A stretch of DNA of 40,437 nt, from assembly GCA_044356215.1 (NCBI GenBank), contig JBIKWQ010000029.1, positions 1 to 40,437 on the forward strand, in the 5' to 3' direction. Made by a program: the position numbers and the translations under genes. The notes beneath the pieces are model-generated. The model saw nothing but the letters and a program-made list of their open reading frames with translations, was not told the origin of the DNA and ran no database searches. Shown here piece after piece: positions 28,178-37,356 of this stretch. Source of the stretch: Bdellovibrionota bacterium. Lineage in GTDB: Bacteria > Bdellovibrionota_C > UBA2361 > OMII01. Every line of letters starts with the position of its first letter. Position 1 is the stretch's first letter.

Positions 28178-28540
28178 CTACCCTTTGCGCGCCTTCATAG
28201 TGCTTACCCTCTTCGGCAGGTGGTCTACGTAGGCGCGAATCCCCTTACTCCACCCCTTCAGGTCCTTGAGAGAACGCTCAATCGAAGCAAGCATACTTTC
28301 CGCCAACTCGATTACCTTGCCATGTTGCCTAGCCACGCGCTCCATCAAGCGTCTCTCCTCAGAAGACAACTCCGGTGAACTTAAGCGGCTCATGCCCTTC
28401 TGCCATTTTTCAAAAGCATCTGTGTACTGGTCAAGCAGATCAAGCGCCTCTGGATGCGAATTTTTCAGCGCCGCAGCAGCAGCTAAACCAAGCTTCATTA
28501 CAGCTTTCACTCCGCGTGTATAATCTTTATCCAAAGCCAT
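28178..28540 (-). CDS. Hypothetical all-helical protein (possibly FliT-like)
   Basis: Start placed at MALDKD, after the rplQ terminator; helical, ends KGIRAY...P...RKG. Confidence 0.6.
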   Translation of the reverse strand: MALDKDYTRGVKAVMKLGLAAAAALKNSHPEALDLLDQYTDAFEKWQKGMSRLSSPELSSEERRLMERVARQHGKVIELAESMLASIERSLKDLKGWSKGIRAYVDHLPKRVSTMKARKG

Positions 28541-28553
28541 AACGCTTAATCGT

Positions 28554-28588
28554 AAAAACAAAAGGGGCCTATGTGGCCCCTTTTGTTT
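28554..28588 (-). terminator. Rho-independent terminator after rplQ
   Basis: aaacaaaaggggcc / ggccccttttgttt inverted repeat with a T-rich tail. Confidence 0.85.
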
Positions 28589-28637
28589 GTGTCCAAGCCA
28601 AGCATCGCCATTTACGCGACACCTGCCAAGAGTATAA

Positions 28638-29138
28638 CTACTCGCTCTTAGCCTTTGAGGCCTTCTTAGCACTAGCCTTCTTAGCTGGCTCAGCGGCTTT
28701 ATCGCCCGCCTCTTTCTTAGCTGCCGGCGCCTTCTTAGCTGCAGCCTTCTTCTCAGGCTTCTCAGATCTTACCTTCTCCCCGGCCTGATCTACCAACTCG
28801 ATAACCGCCATCTCTGCAGCATCACCATTGCGAAAGCCTGTGCGAACTATTCGAGTATAACCGCCGTTGCGACTCTTACACCTAGGCCCAACATCAGCAA
28901 ACAGCTTTGCCACTACCGTCTTATCTGTGATATAGCTATAAGCCTGCCTTCTGGCCGCTACGGTGTCGTTCTTGCCGAGCGTTATCAGCCGCTCTACAAC
29001 AGGACGCAACTCCTTGGCCTTCGGAACTGTAGTCTCGAAGCGCTCAAACTTAATAAAAGACGTCGCCATGTTGCGCAGGAGCGCCCTGCGATGGCTTGTT
29101 GACCTACTTAACTGCCTAAGACCGTTTCCGTGCCTCAT
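28638..29138 (-). CDS. rplQ: 50S ribosomal protein L17 with Lys/Ala-rich tail
   Basis: MRH...LSRSTSHR.ALLRN, TTVPKAKE, RNGGYTRI and GDAAEMA motifs. Confidence 0.97.
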   Translation of the reverse strand: MRHGNGLRQLSRSTSHRRALLRNMATSFIKFERFETTVPKAKELRPVVERLITLGKNDTVAARRQAYSYITDKTVVAKLFADVGPRCKSRNGGYTRIVRTGFRNGDAAEMAVIELVDQAGEKVRSEKPEKKAAAKKAPAAKKEAGDKAAEPAKKASAKKASKAKSE

Positions 29139-29160
29139 ACTACTACTTCCTCTCTAGCTC

Positions 29161-30177
29161 TTAGTGATCTGTCTGCTCCTTCATCGAGTCGAGATCTCGA
29201 CGCGACGGGAACTCCTCTAGCTTAAGACCAAGGGCAAGTCCCATCTCTGAGAGGATCTCCTTAATCTCGTTAAGCGATTTGCGTCCGAAATTCTTCGTTC
29301 TGAGCATCTCTGCCTCAGTCTTCTGCACGAGCTCACCGATGTACTTAATATCGGCGTTCTCAAGACAATTGGCTGAACGAACGCTGAGCTCGAGCTCATC
29401 AATGCGGCGGAAGAGATTGTCGTTCCAACGCTTCGAAGGCTCCTCACTCTTAGGCTCCTCCCTCTCAACAATAAGGTCTTGTCCAACGAAGATACCTAAT
29501 TGATCAACTAGAATATGAGCCGCCTGAGCAACTGCCGAACGTGGGTCAATGCTGCCGTTGGTCCATATCTCCATCGTGAGCTTGTCGTAATCTGTGCGCT
29601 GACCTACGCGGGCGTTGGTAACAGCGAGATTTACACGACGAACTGGGGCGAATATAGAATCGATAAAGATCGTTCCCACAGGAGCGCCCTCTACCTTGTT
29701 CTTGTCTGCTGGAACGTAACCACGTCCAACCTTGACGTTGACCTCCATCTTTAGCGAAGCGCCTTCACCAAGAGTTGCGATCACAAGCTCAGGATTGAGG
29801 ACTCCTACCGCTGGATCTCCTTGGAGCATCCCGGCTGTAACTTTGCAAGGACCTTGAGCTTCAACATGAAGGATGGCCTCCTCCTTGTCCTCTAACCTTA
29901 AAACAACCTCTTTTAAGTTTAGAGTAAGTTCAGTCACATCCTCAACAATGCCTGGCATCGTCGAGAACTCATGAGAAACTCCCTCTATGCGAACTGATGT
30001 GATCGCGGCTCCCTGTAATGACGATAAGAGGATGCGGCGAATCGCCGTACCAATCGTCATTCCATAGCCGCGCTCAAGTGGCTCAGCAACAAACTTGCCG
30101 TAGCGGTTATCCGCTGTTCCACCCTCTACTTCAACTTTCTGTGGGCTGATTAAGTCCTTGAGACTGACCTTCTTCAT
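29161..30177 (-). CDS. rpoA: RNA polymerase subunit alpha
   Basis: [32 protein letters not shown] and [10 protein letters not shown] motifs. Confidence 0.98.
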   Translation of the reverse strand: MKKVSLKDLISPQKVEVEGGTADNRYGKFVAEPLERGYGMTIGTAIRRILLSSLQGAAITSVRIEGVSHEFSTMPGIVEDVTELTLNLKEVVLRLEDKEEAILHVEAQGPCKVTAGMLQGDPAVGVLNPELVIATLGEGASLKMEVNVKVGRGYVPADKNKVEGAPVGTIFIDSIFAPVRRVNLAVTNARVGQRTDYDKLTMEIWTNGSIDPRSAVAQAAHILVDQLGIFVGQDLIVEREEPKSEEPSKRWNDNLFRRIDELELSVRSANCLENADIKYIGELVQKTEAEMLRTKNFGRKSLNEIKEILSEMGLALGLKLEEFPSRRDLDSMKEQTDH

Positions 30178-30254
30178 GTCTCTCTATCCTATAAATAATG
30201 AATACCAACCAGTTTTATCATCGCCGATCCTCGACGAAGATAGAACCAACTAAA

Positions 30255-30881
30255 CTACCTTGAGTACAACTCAACTACCAACTGCTCACGGAACGTCGGC
30301 GGAAGCTGCTCGCGGGTCGGAAGTGAATTAACAGTTCCACGCGCTGCAGCCTGATCAAGCGATAACCACTCAGGGATGATGCGCGACTTAGCCGCCTCCA
30401 TTCCCGCGATGATTAGAGGGTTCGTCTTGCTACCCTCACATACCTCCACCACATCACCTGCTGACAACAGGTAAGATGGGATAGCTACACGCTTGCCGTT
30501 CACGAGTACATGCCCGTGGTTTACGATCTGCCGTGCCTGACGACGCGACGAGCCGATACCCAGACGATACACCACGTTGTCGAGACGGCGCTCTAAACGT
30601 ACTAACATCTCTGTTCCAGTAACGCCCTTCGACCTAGCGGCCTTCTCAAAATTGTCACGAAATCCGCGCTCTAGCAAGCCGTAGCTACGTCTTACTTTCT
30701 GCTTCTCACGAAGCTGAGTCTTAAAGTTTGACCAGCTCTGACGACCGCGTCCGTGCTGGCCAGGGCCACCCTCGCGCTTCTCGACAGCACACTTGCCGGT
30801 GTAACAACGCTCGCCCTTGAGGAAGAGCTTCTCTCCCTCACGACGGCACAAGCGACAAACTGAACCACAATACCTTGCCAT
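30255..30881 (-). CDS. rpsD: 30S ribosomal protein S4 (Cys/Zn form)
   Basis: [24 protein letters not shown] and VVELYSR; start at MARY. Confidence 0.97.
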   Translation of the reverse strand: MARYCGSVCRLCRREGEKLFLKGERCYTGKCAVEKREGGPGQHGRGRQSWSNFKTQLREKQKVRRSYGLLERGFRDNFEKAARSKGVTGTEMLVRLERRLDNVVYRLGIGSSRRQARQIVNHGHVLVNGKRVAIPSYLLSAGDVVEVCEGSKTNPLIIAGMEAAKSRIIPEWLSLDQAAARGTVNSLPTREQLPPTFREQLVVELYSR

Positions 30882-30906
30882 GACTTCTGTACCCTCTTCC
30901 TTAGAC

Positions 30907-31308
30907 CTACACTCGACGACTCTTGCGCGCGCGGCATCCATTGTGCGGAACCGGCGTGATATCTCTGATCAACGTCACCTGCAAACCAGCCAAGTGAAGA
31001 GCTCGGAGCGCCGACTCGCGGCCTGAACCAGGCCCCTTAATCTTCACGCTAACTGTTCGAACCCCAGCCTCCTTGGCCTTACGAGCCGCTGTGTCACCGG
31101 CGACTTGCGCGGCAAACGGTGTCGACTTACGCGAACCCTTGAAGCCGTTAGCTCCCGAGCTCGACGAAGCGACTACATTTCCAGCTGGATCAGTGATCGT
31201 CACGATCGTGTTATTGAACGTCGCGTGAATGTGCGCTACCCCTACAGGTACGTTCTTTTTTACCTTCTTCTTTTTTACTGCTACCGCAGTTGTCCGTGCC
31301 TCTGCCAC
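30907..31308 (-). CDS. rpsK: 30S ribosomal protein S11
   Basis: [27 protein letters not shown] and [11 protein letters not shown] motifs. Confidence 0.98.
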   Translation of the reverse strand: MAEARTTAVAVKKKKVKKNVPVGVAHIHATFNNTIVTITDPAGNVVASSSSGANGFKGSRKSTPFAAQVAGDTAARKAKEAGVRTVSVKIKGPGSGRESALRALHLAGLQVTLIRDITPVPHNGCRARKSRRV

Positions 31309-31345
31309 AAACTACTCCTTTAAAGACTCTATTAAAAACTAAACA

Positions 31346-31729
31346 CTAGGTCTTGGTCGCCGCTTTCTTGCCGGCGATCGGTGCCCTTCTCGGCCCCTTC
31401 CTCGTGCGAGCATTAGTGCGCGTGCGCTGACCGCGAGCCGGAAGGTTCTTACGATGACGGAGGCCGCGATAGCAACCGAGATCCATCAACCGCTTGAGCG
31501 AAGCCTGAAGCTCTCGGCGGAGATCGCCCTCTACCTTCTCACGGCGCTCGATGATCTTTCGAATCTTATCTACCTGCTCTTCAGTCAAATTATCTGTACG
31601 AACGCTCTCCTCGATACCAGCTTCAGCTAATATCTGCTTGGATTTGGTAACTCCTACTCCGAAGATGTACGTCAGTCCGCGAACTATTCTCTTGTTTCGC
31701 GGAAGATCTACTCCTGCAATACGTGGCAT
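31346..31729 (-). CDS. rpsM: 30S ribosomal protein S13
   Basis: [14 protein letters not shown] and [14 protein letters not shown] motifs. Confidence 0.98.
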   Translation of the reverse strand: MPRIAGVDLPRNKRIVRGLTYIFGVGVTKSKQILAEAGIEESVRTDNLTEEQVDKIRKIIERREKVEGDLRRELQASLKRLMDLGCYRGLRHRKNLPARGQRTRTNARTRKGPRRAPIAGKKAATKT

Positions 31730-31764
31730 TTCTTAAACTCCTTAGAACTCCTTATCCTTACACC

Positions 31765-31881
31765 TTAGCCTTGGCGTTGCTTGTGCTTAGGCGTGCGACT
31801 GCAGAAGACAAAAATCTTGCCTTTGCGCTTAATAACTTTGCAATAGCCGCAAATGGGCTTGACCGACGCTCGGACCTTCAC
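31765..31881 (-). CDS. rpmJ: 50S ribosomal protein L36 (Zn-ribbon form)
   Basis: GTG start at 31881 with [45 protein letters not shown]. Confidence 0.96.
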   Translation of the reverse strand: MKVRASVKPICGYCKVIKRKGKIFVFCSRTPKHKQRQG

Positions 31882-31912
31882 AACTTCCTCTCTATAAATG
31901 TTCGTTCGTTTG

Positions 31913-32005
31913 CCCCTGCTATTCTCACACCCGTTATCCATGACTCGGACCCGGTTGCATAACAACAGGAAAAGCATCCTGACGGAGATTCGCTTGCGAT
32001 TTCAA
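31913..32005 (-). promoter_or_regulatory. Putative promoter and hairpin leader of the rpmJ-rplQ operon
   Basis: TTGAAA (32005-32000)-18 bp-CAGGAT (31981-31976), followed by a ~60-nt hairpin closed by cctgttgtt/aatagcagg. Confidence 0.45.
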
Positions 32006-32185
32006 CCCAATCTGTAGGTCACTTGCGCGACGTGCAGATCCAGCATTGAAAAATCCCAGGAAATAAATGAGTTACGAACCCATCTTGAGTAGTGATACAC
32101 CACTCCCCGAAGCGAATCTTCAAAGGATGGCAGATTTTACATATTTCTGGAGCCTTTACAACCCCTCGGGCTAAAAAAACCTCCT

Positions 32186-32992
32186 CTACCACCTAAAAGC
32201 CCGGGATGGACGGTCTAGCTCTATATATCTAACACCGTCGTTATTTGTGAGATTTGCCATAATAATAGCGCCCTGCGGTATGCTTGCAGCCGGCCTGTCA
32301 AAACGAAAACGTGGTCTTCCATCGCTTCCAACCCTTTCGAGCTTACCCGTGGCGACAATTGACGCACCATCCGGCGATAATATCTTAATGCTAGAGACGC
32401 GGCCCTTTAGCTCCGGCCTAAGATCGACGTAAGCCTTCTGGTTAAACAAGCCTGGATGCCACTCCGATTTATTGGTGAATTCAAAGATCCGAGCCGAAGA
32501 TGGTAATAACGACGCCGGAGCCGTCGCAACGGCCGGCGCGCTCACTACTGGCTCTGGAGTTGTTACAACTGTGTCTTCAGGCGCCGCCGGCGCTAGTGGC
32601 ACCGGAGCCTGCGATGCTGGAGGCTGGCCTTCTGGCCCCTGTGGAACTGCCGGGGGCGCGGCTACCGGTGTCTGCGTTGGCTGGGGGGCCTGTGGTACGG
32701 CAACAGGACGAGGCGCCTCCCACACGACGGTAAGAGAGTTAACAAATTCAACGATCGCGTTGATTGCGGCTTGCGCGAATTCATGAATTTTTCCGAGGGC
32801 TCCACTCCCCAACGCTCCGGAACGATCTGATTCAGTTAACTGGAGCGCAACAGCCTTCATTTTTTCTAACTCATTAGCGCTTGAAATTAAATCGGTGGCG
32901 ACAGCCTGTGCTCCTCCCGATTGAACTCCTACCTGCGGTAGCAGGGCCTCTGTTTGTGATGGTACACTATTTAAATTTGACGATATCTCCAT
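32186..32992 (-). CDS. Hypothetical protein with Pro/Ala-rich linker and C-terminal beta domain
   Basis: GGGAGAG RBS; helical N-region, long Pro/Ala/Gln linker, globular C-terminus. Confidence 0.75.
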   Translation of the reverse strand: MEISSNLNSVPSQTEALLPQVGVQSGGAQAVATDLISSANELEKMKAVALQLTESDRSGALGSGALGKIHEFAQAAINAIVEFVNSLTVVWEAPRPVAVPQAPQPTQTPVAAPPAVPQGPEGQPPASQAPVPLAPAAPEDTVVTTPEPVVSAPAVATAPASLLPSSARIFEFTNKSEWHPGLFNQKAYVDLRPELKGRVSSIKILSPDGASIVATGKLERVGSDGRPRFRFDRPAASIPQGAIIMANLTNNDGVRYIELDRPSRAFRW

Positions 32993-33175
32993 AATCTCTC
33001 CCTTAGGAGGCTAGCTAGTCCATCACCCCCATAAAATACACGATTACCATCATGTTCGGATGAGAGACGATAATAGTTGCTTGGGCTACCCGCGGCGAGA
33101 CCTATCGAGTTGGGCTTTTGCCGCGGCTTAGTCGTTAAAATCACTTTGGCGTTCTTCAGCGCTTCTATGGATACT

Positions 33176-33856
33176 TTATCTTCTCTTAAATATCCCCACC
33201 CACTCTAATCCAGGCTTTCTATCTGGCTCTCCAACACGTGCTGGTTGTAACTTAACGACTTCGAACTCAGGACTAAACATCTCTCTTAGTTCGCGCTCAC
33301 TACTGGCGAATGGCGGACCCAAACTATCTTTGGTTAAAGACTTTCCTGATAATTTATCAATCTCTTCTTCCGTCAAAACAAAAAAATTACCTACTAGATA
33401 TCCACCCTTCTTAAGCCATTTAAGAATAGCCTCCTTGTAGCGACATCTCATGGCTGGATCAATCGCGCAGAAAAATGTGTGCTCACAAACCAAATCAACT
33501 GCGATAGGCTGGGCGGCGAAAAAATCGCCGCTTATGACGCTAACCATCGAAGAGAGATCGTTAGCCGAGTAATTTGCAAGCCGAACGCGTAACCGCGAGG
33601 TCGCGGCTGGTGACCAATCAACCGCAACGACCGACGCTCCACGCCGCGCTAGCTCGATCGCGTCAGACCCTGAGCCGCATCCAGGAGAAAGTGCGCTGAG
33701 TCCCTTAAGGGAATTCTCGCCAGGAAAGACGTGGGATACAGCTTCACATAGAACCTTAGACGGCGCGTTCAATTCCCAAGGTGTATCCCCCGAATCGAAG
33801 CGCCCCTGCCAGTATTCGCCAGTCGACCAATCGCGGCGCTGGTTATCAGAATTCAT
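33176..33856 (-). CDS. SAM-dependent methyltransferase, thiopurine/thiol/halide (TPMT-like) family
   Basis: YWQGRF..GDTPWE, PGCGSGSD, GDFF, EHTFFCAIDP and GPPF motifs. Confidence 0.88.
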   Translation of the reverse strand: MNSDNQRRDWSTGEYWQGRFDSGDTPWELNAPSKVLCEAVSHVFPGENSLKGLSALSPGCGSGSDAIELARRGASVVAVDWSPAATSRLRVRLANYSANDLSSMVSVISGDFFAAQPIAVDLVCEHTFFCAIDPAMRCRYKEAILKWLKKGGYLVGNFFVLTEEEIDKLSGKSLTKDSLGPPFASSERELREMFSPEFEVVKLQPARVGEPDRKPGLEWVGIFKRR

Positions 33857-33868
33857 CTCAATAGCGAA

Positions 33869-34330
33869 CTAACGAGCCACGCAACCTAGGCCGCTCGGCA
33901 TCCGCATATCGCGACATCCGCGTCTACGTTCCTCAGGACTGCATTTTCTCTCGCTTGGGCTAAAGCCAGACGGGCAGCGATCCGCTTGCGGAGGTGGTGG
34001 TGATGGCCTGGTGTATTGCGGGGGGACGTTCTGCTGATTCCGGCGCTCTTGCTCAAGTCTACGACGCTCTGCCTCTAGACGCTCGCGCTCGCGCTGTAGC
34101 TCACGTTGCTCGCCACGATACGGGATACCTCCGTAATAACCACCACCATAGTAGGGGTTATTCCCGTAATATGGTGCGCCTCCGTAATAAGGAGCTGGAG
34201 GAGGTGGATTATACGTCGGCTGATTGTAGCCGTATGGGTCGTTTAAATTAGCGCAGCCTACTACTAATGACTGGAGTGAAAACAAAGAAATCAAACCGAC
34301 AAATCTCTTAATCATAAATCGCAATCTCAT
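33869..34330 (-). CDS. Hypothetical lipoprotein, Pro/Tyr/Gly-rich with four-Cys tail
   Basis: Lipobox VVG-C, PYYG repeats, charged coiled coil, C-terminal four-Cys segment. Confidence 0.65.
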   Translation of the reverse strand: MRLRFMIKRFVGLISLFSLQSLVVGCANLNDPYGYNQPTYNPPPPAPYYGGAPYYGNNPYYGGGYYGGIPYRGEQRELQRERERLEAERRRLEQERRNQQNVPPQYTRPSPPPPQADRCPSGFSPSERKCSPEERRRGCRDMRMPSGLGCVAR

Positions 34331-34380
34331 ATCTACTAGTCCTTATTCGCGACAAAACTCCCCAGGCGAACTTCCCTATT

Positions 34381-37002
34381 CTACCCCTCAGCGAGCACAA
34401 CATCCACCACAAATTTGCTCTGAGTTGTCTCTTCAACTGTTATCAGCTTAGTTCCGCCTTCAGCAACGCTACCAGCCCTCACCACATCGTCCAGCACCGT
34501 ACTAAGCGTCTCTAGGTCGCTCTGCTTGGCGCTGACCTTTAGCGAAGAGACTCCCCACCTCTGGCCCTTCTGGGCACTTGTCTTCATACCTCGGATAACA
34601 GAGAGAACCTCAGTAGCCGCGTCAAACGCCGAAGGGACTCCCTTGATACCCGCCACCTCACTTGGCGAAGGCCACTCTGTTGAATGCACCAACGCATCTC
34701 GCCCAGCCCCGGCGAAGCGCCATGACCAGACCTCTTCAGTCACATACGGCATAAATGGAGCGAATAATCTGATGAATGTCTTTAGACACCAGAAGAGCGC
34801 CGCTTGGGCTGACGCCCTACTCGCGGGATCCCCCTCGTTGTATGAGCGTCCCTTGACTAGCTCGACGTAGTGATCGCAGAAGTGCCAGAACTTCTCCTCA
34901 ACCGTTTGAAGAGCCTGCGCGTAATCAAACTTCTCAAATGACTCCGTCGCGCTCTTAACCACTTCAGCTAAAGTTGAAACCATCGCCCGATCAAGCGGAT
35001 GCTGAATCGCCCCTATTCCAGGTACTGGATCCGTCAACTGCATCAATACAAATCGGCTAGCGTTGAAGAGCTTAACCACTAGCTTACTACCGATCTTAAA
35101 TACGGCTGGGTCACAAGCTGTATCCGAACCTAAACGCGCTCTACCTGCCCAATAGCGGATTGCGTCAGAGGAGTACTCAGCTAAGAGACCTTCTGGCGTG
35201 ATCACATTTCCTTTGGACTTACTCATCTTCTTGCGATCTGGATCGAGCACCCACCCGGAGATGACTACGTTACGCCACGGGATCTCATTCTCATGCATCC
35301 ACGCCTTAACTATCGTGCTAAACGCCCACGTGCGGATAATCTCATGCGCCTGCGGCCTTATATCCATCGGGAAGAGCTTTTTGTGCTTTTCTGGATTAAG
35401 CACCCACTCACTCTGAATCTGCGGAGTTAGTGAAGATGTTGCCCAAGTATCCATTACATCAGGGTCGCCGGCGAAACCACCCGGCTGATTACGTTGAGAC
35501 TCGGTAAAACCAGGTGGAAGGTCACTCGAAGGATCTACCGGAAGCCTTGTCGATTCAGCGAAGATCGGCTTGTCGTATTGAATCTCTCCATCCTTGTTTA
35601 TTGGGTACCAAACTGGAAAAGGAACCCCGAAGAATCTCTGTCTACTAATACACCAGTCAGCATTTAGCCCCTCGACCCAATTCTCGTATCGCAGACGCAT
35701 ATGCTCAGGATACCAATTAATCTTGCGCCCTTGAGCCTTCAAGGCCTCCTTGTGCTGCATAGTTCTGATAAACCACTGCCTAGTTGTAACGAACTCAAGT
35801 GGCCTATCTCCCTTCTCATAGAACTTAACTGGATGCGATATGATCTTAGGTTCTCCCACTAAGGCAGCCCCTACTCCATCAACTGCGCTACCTGGCTGCG
35901 CAAGCATCTCAGCGATTACTTTCTTCGCCTTACGAAGATCCAGCCCGACCAACTTACTATAGTTTTGACGGGCCAAATCTGAGTTTACGGTGTCAAATGG
36001 AGCCTCTCCAAATGTTACATCGCGCATCGTTCCGTTAAAAGAGACCACCGGCTTAGCTGGCTTACCGGAGCGCTTCCACCACTCGACATCGTTAGCGTCA
36101 CCAAAGGTGCACACCATCAGTATTCCGGTACCCTTCTCGCGATCAACGTAATCAGCGGCCAAAATCGGCACTCTCGCGTGGAAAAGAGGAGTAATTGCAA
36201 ACTTCCCAAACAACGGCTGGTAGCGTGGGTCCTCAGGATGAGCCACTACAGCCATGCAAGCCGGTAATAATTCCGGCCTGGTAGTCGCGATCGTTAATGA
36301 ACCACCACCCTCAACACCGAATTGAATATCGTGAAACGCGCCTGGGATTTCGCGATCCTCAATCTCTGCCTGGGCCACCGCTGTCTTGAAATCAACATCC
36401 CACATCGTGGGAGCTTCGACACTGTAAACCTGCCCCTTCTGAGCCAGATCAAGAAATGAATGTTGCGACAAACGGGTACAGAGAGATCCCACAGTTGAGT
36501 AGGTCCTAGACCAATCGATCGACAAACCTAGCTGTTTCCAAAGATTCTCAAAGACAACCTCGTCCTCCTTTGTTAGCTGTTCGCATGCTTGAACGAAATT
36601 CCTACGAGATATCTCTTGAGCTGGTTTCTTCTCCTTACTATCGGGATTCACCTTTGTTGGTTTCCAATCAGGATCGTAAGGAACAGATGGATTACATCTA
36701 ATATTATAGACGTTCTGTACCCGTCTCTCGGTCGGTAGACCGTTATCATCCCATCCCATTGGGTAGGAGATATTTTTTCCGCGCATACGCTGGAATCGCG
36801 CAAGCACATCAGTCTGGGTGTAACTAAACACATGACCCAAGTGCAGAGAGCCTGAGACCGTCGGAGGTGGTGTGTCGATCACGAAGTTTTGTTCACGCGA
36901 CTTTGACGAATCCCAGCGGTACACTTGAGAACTCTCCCAGACATCCATCCAGCGCTTCTCAACACTTAAATGATCGTACTTTTCTGGAATCTCTTTTTTC
37001 AT
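34381..37002 (-). CDS. valS: Valine--tRNA ligase (type 2 subfamily)
   Basis: DTPPPTVSGSLHLGH, GWDDNGLPTER, ATTRPE, DWCISRQR, DVMDTW and KMSKS motifs. Confidence 0.95.
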   Translation of the reverse strand: MKKEIPEKYDHLSVEKRWMDVWESSQVYRWDSSKSREQNFVIDTPPPTVSGSLHLGHVFSYTQTDVLARFQRMRGKNISYPMGWDDNGLPTERRVQNVYNIRCNPSVPYDPDWKPTKVNPDSKEKKPAQEISRRNFVQACEQLTKEDEVVFENLWKQLGLSIDWSRTYSTVGSLCTRLSQHSFLDLAQKGQVYSVEAPTMWDVDFKTAVAQAEIEDREIPGAFHDIQFGVEGGGSLTIATTRPELLPACMAVVAHPEDPRYQPLFGKFAITPLFHARVPILAADYVDREKGTGILMVCTFGDANDVEWWKRSGKPAKPVVSFNGTMRDVTFGEAPFDTVNSDLARQNYSKLVGLDLRKAKKVIAEMLAQPGSAVDGVGAALVGEPKIISHPVKFYEKGDRPLEFVTTRQWFIRTMQHKEALKAQGRKINWYPEHMRLRYENWVEGLNADWCISRQRFFGVPFPVWYPINKDGEIQYDKPIFAESTRLPVDPSSDLPPGFTESQRNQPGGFAGDPDVMDTWATSSLTPQIQSEWVLNPEKHKKLFPMDIRPQAHEIIRTWAFSTIVKAWMHENEIPWRNVVISGWVLDPDRKKMSKSKGNVITPEGLLAEYSSDAIRYWAGRARLGSDTACDPAVFKIGSKLVVKLFNASRFVLMQLTDPVPGIGAIQHPLDRAMVSTLAEVVKSATESFEKFDYAQALQTVEEKFWHFCDHYVELVKGRSYNEGDPASRASAQAALFWCLKTFIRLFAPFMPYVTEEVWSWRFAGAGRDALVHSTEWPSPSEVAGIKGVPSAFDAATEVLSVIRGMKTSAQKGQRWGVSSLKVSAKQSDLETLSTVLDDVVRAGSVAEGGTKLITVEETTQSKFVVDVVLAEG

Positions 37003-37081
37003 TTCTCTTTAATCCTGGACTGAACCACCTCTGCTGAGTAGTTACCTTGGAACTATATACACTAGGTTCGCTTATAAAGCT

Positions 37082-37309
37082 TTAAATATCAAGTGGTTCT
37101 TCGTCTACGCAACAGCTACGTGGGGTTCTGATCCACTGATTGAGTCTCTCTGTAATTTCTTCTGGCGAATCTTGGGGGTGCTCCCTGACAAGCCGCTGCC
37201 GCACAAGCGCGAAACTCAGCTCCATTAATTCAAGAGCCTCGAGCAAACCTTGGGGATTGGGGAGGGTGTACCCTGTTGACGACACTCGGTTAGATTCCGC
37301 GGAAGACAT
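37082..37309 (-). CDS. Small helical protein resembling the MenA1 (Rv0078B)-type antitoxin
   Basis: Pattern Q-x-L-x2-AL-x3-E-x6-R-x-RL-x-RE-x-P-x5-EI-x6-W-x2-T; fills the gap between co-oriented genes. Confidence 0.55.
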   Translation of the reverse strand: MSSAESNRVSSTGYTLPNPQGLLEALELMELSFALVRQRLVREHPQDSPEEITERLNQWIRTPRSCCVDEEPLDI

Positions 37310-37356
37310 AGGGTTATTCTACCATCGAGGCTCCAGACGGTAAAGAAACCTATCGC

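Noticed and set aside
28638..28790. Lys/Ala-rich repeats at the end of L17
   Set aside because: Such low-complexity L17 tails are common.
33083..33089. Isolated GGGCTAC (reverse complement of GTAGCCC), also inside the terminator at 5050-5080
   Set aside because: 7-mer half-sites without the full palindrome are expected by chance.
33100..33131. Possible sigma28 promoter for the 32186-32992 gene
   Set aside because: TAAG...CTCGATAG spacing and sequence deviate from consensus; not supportable.
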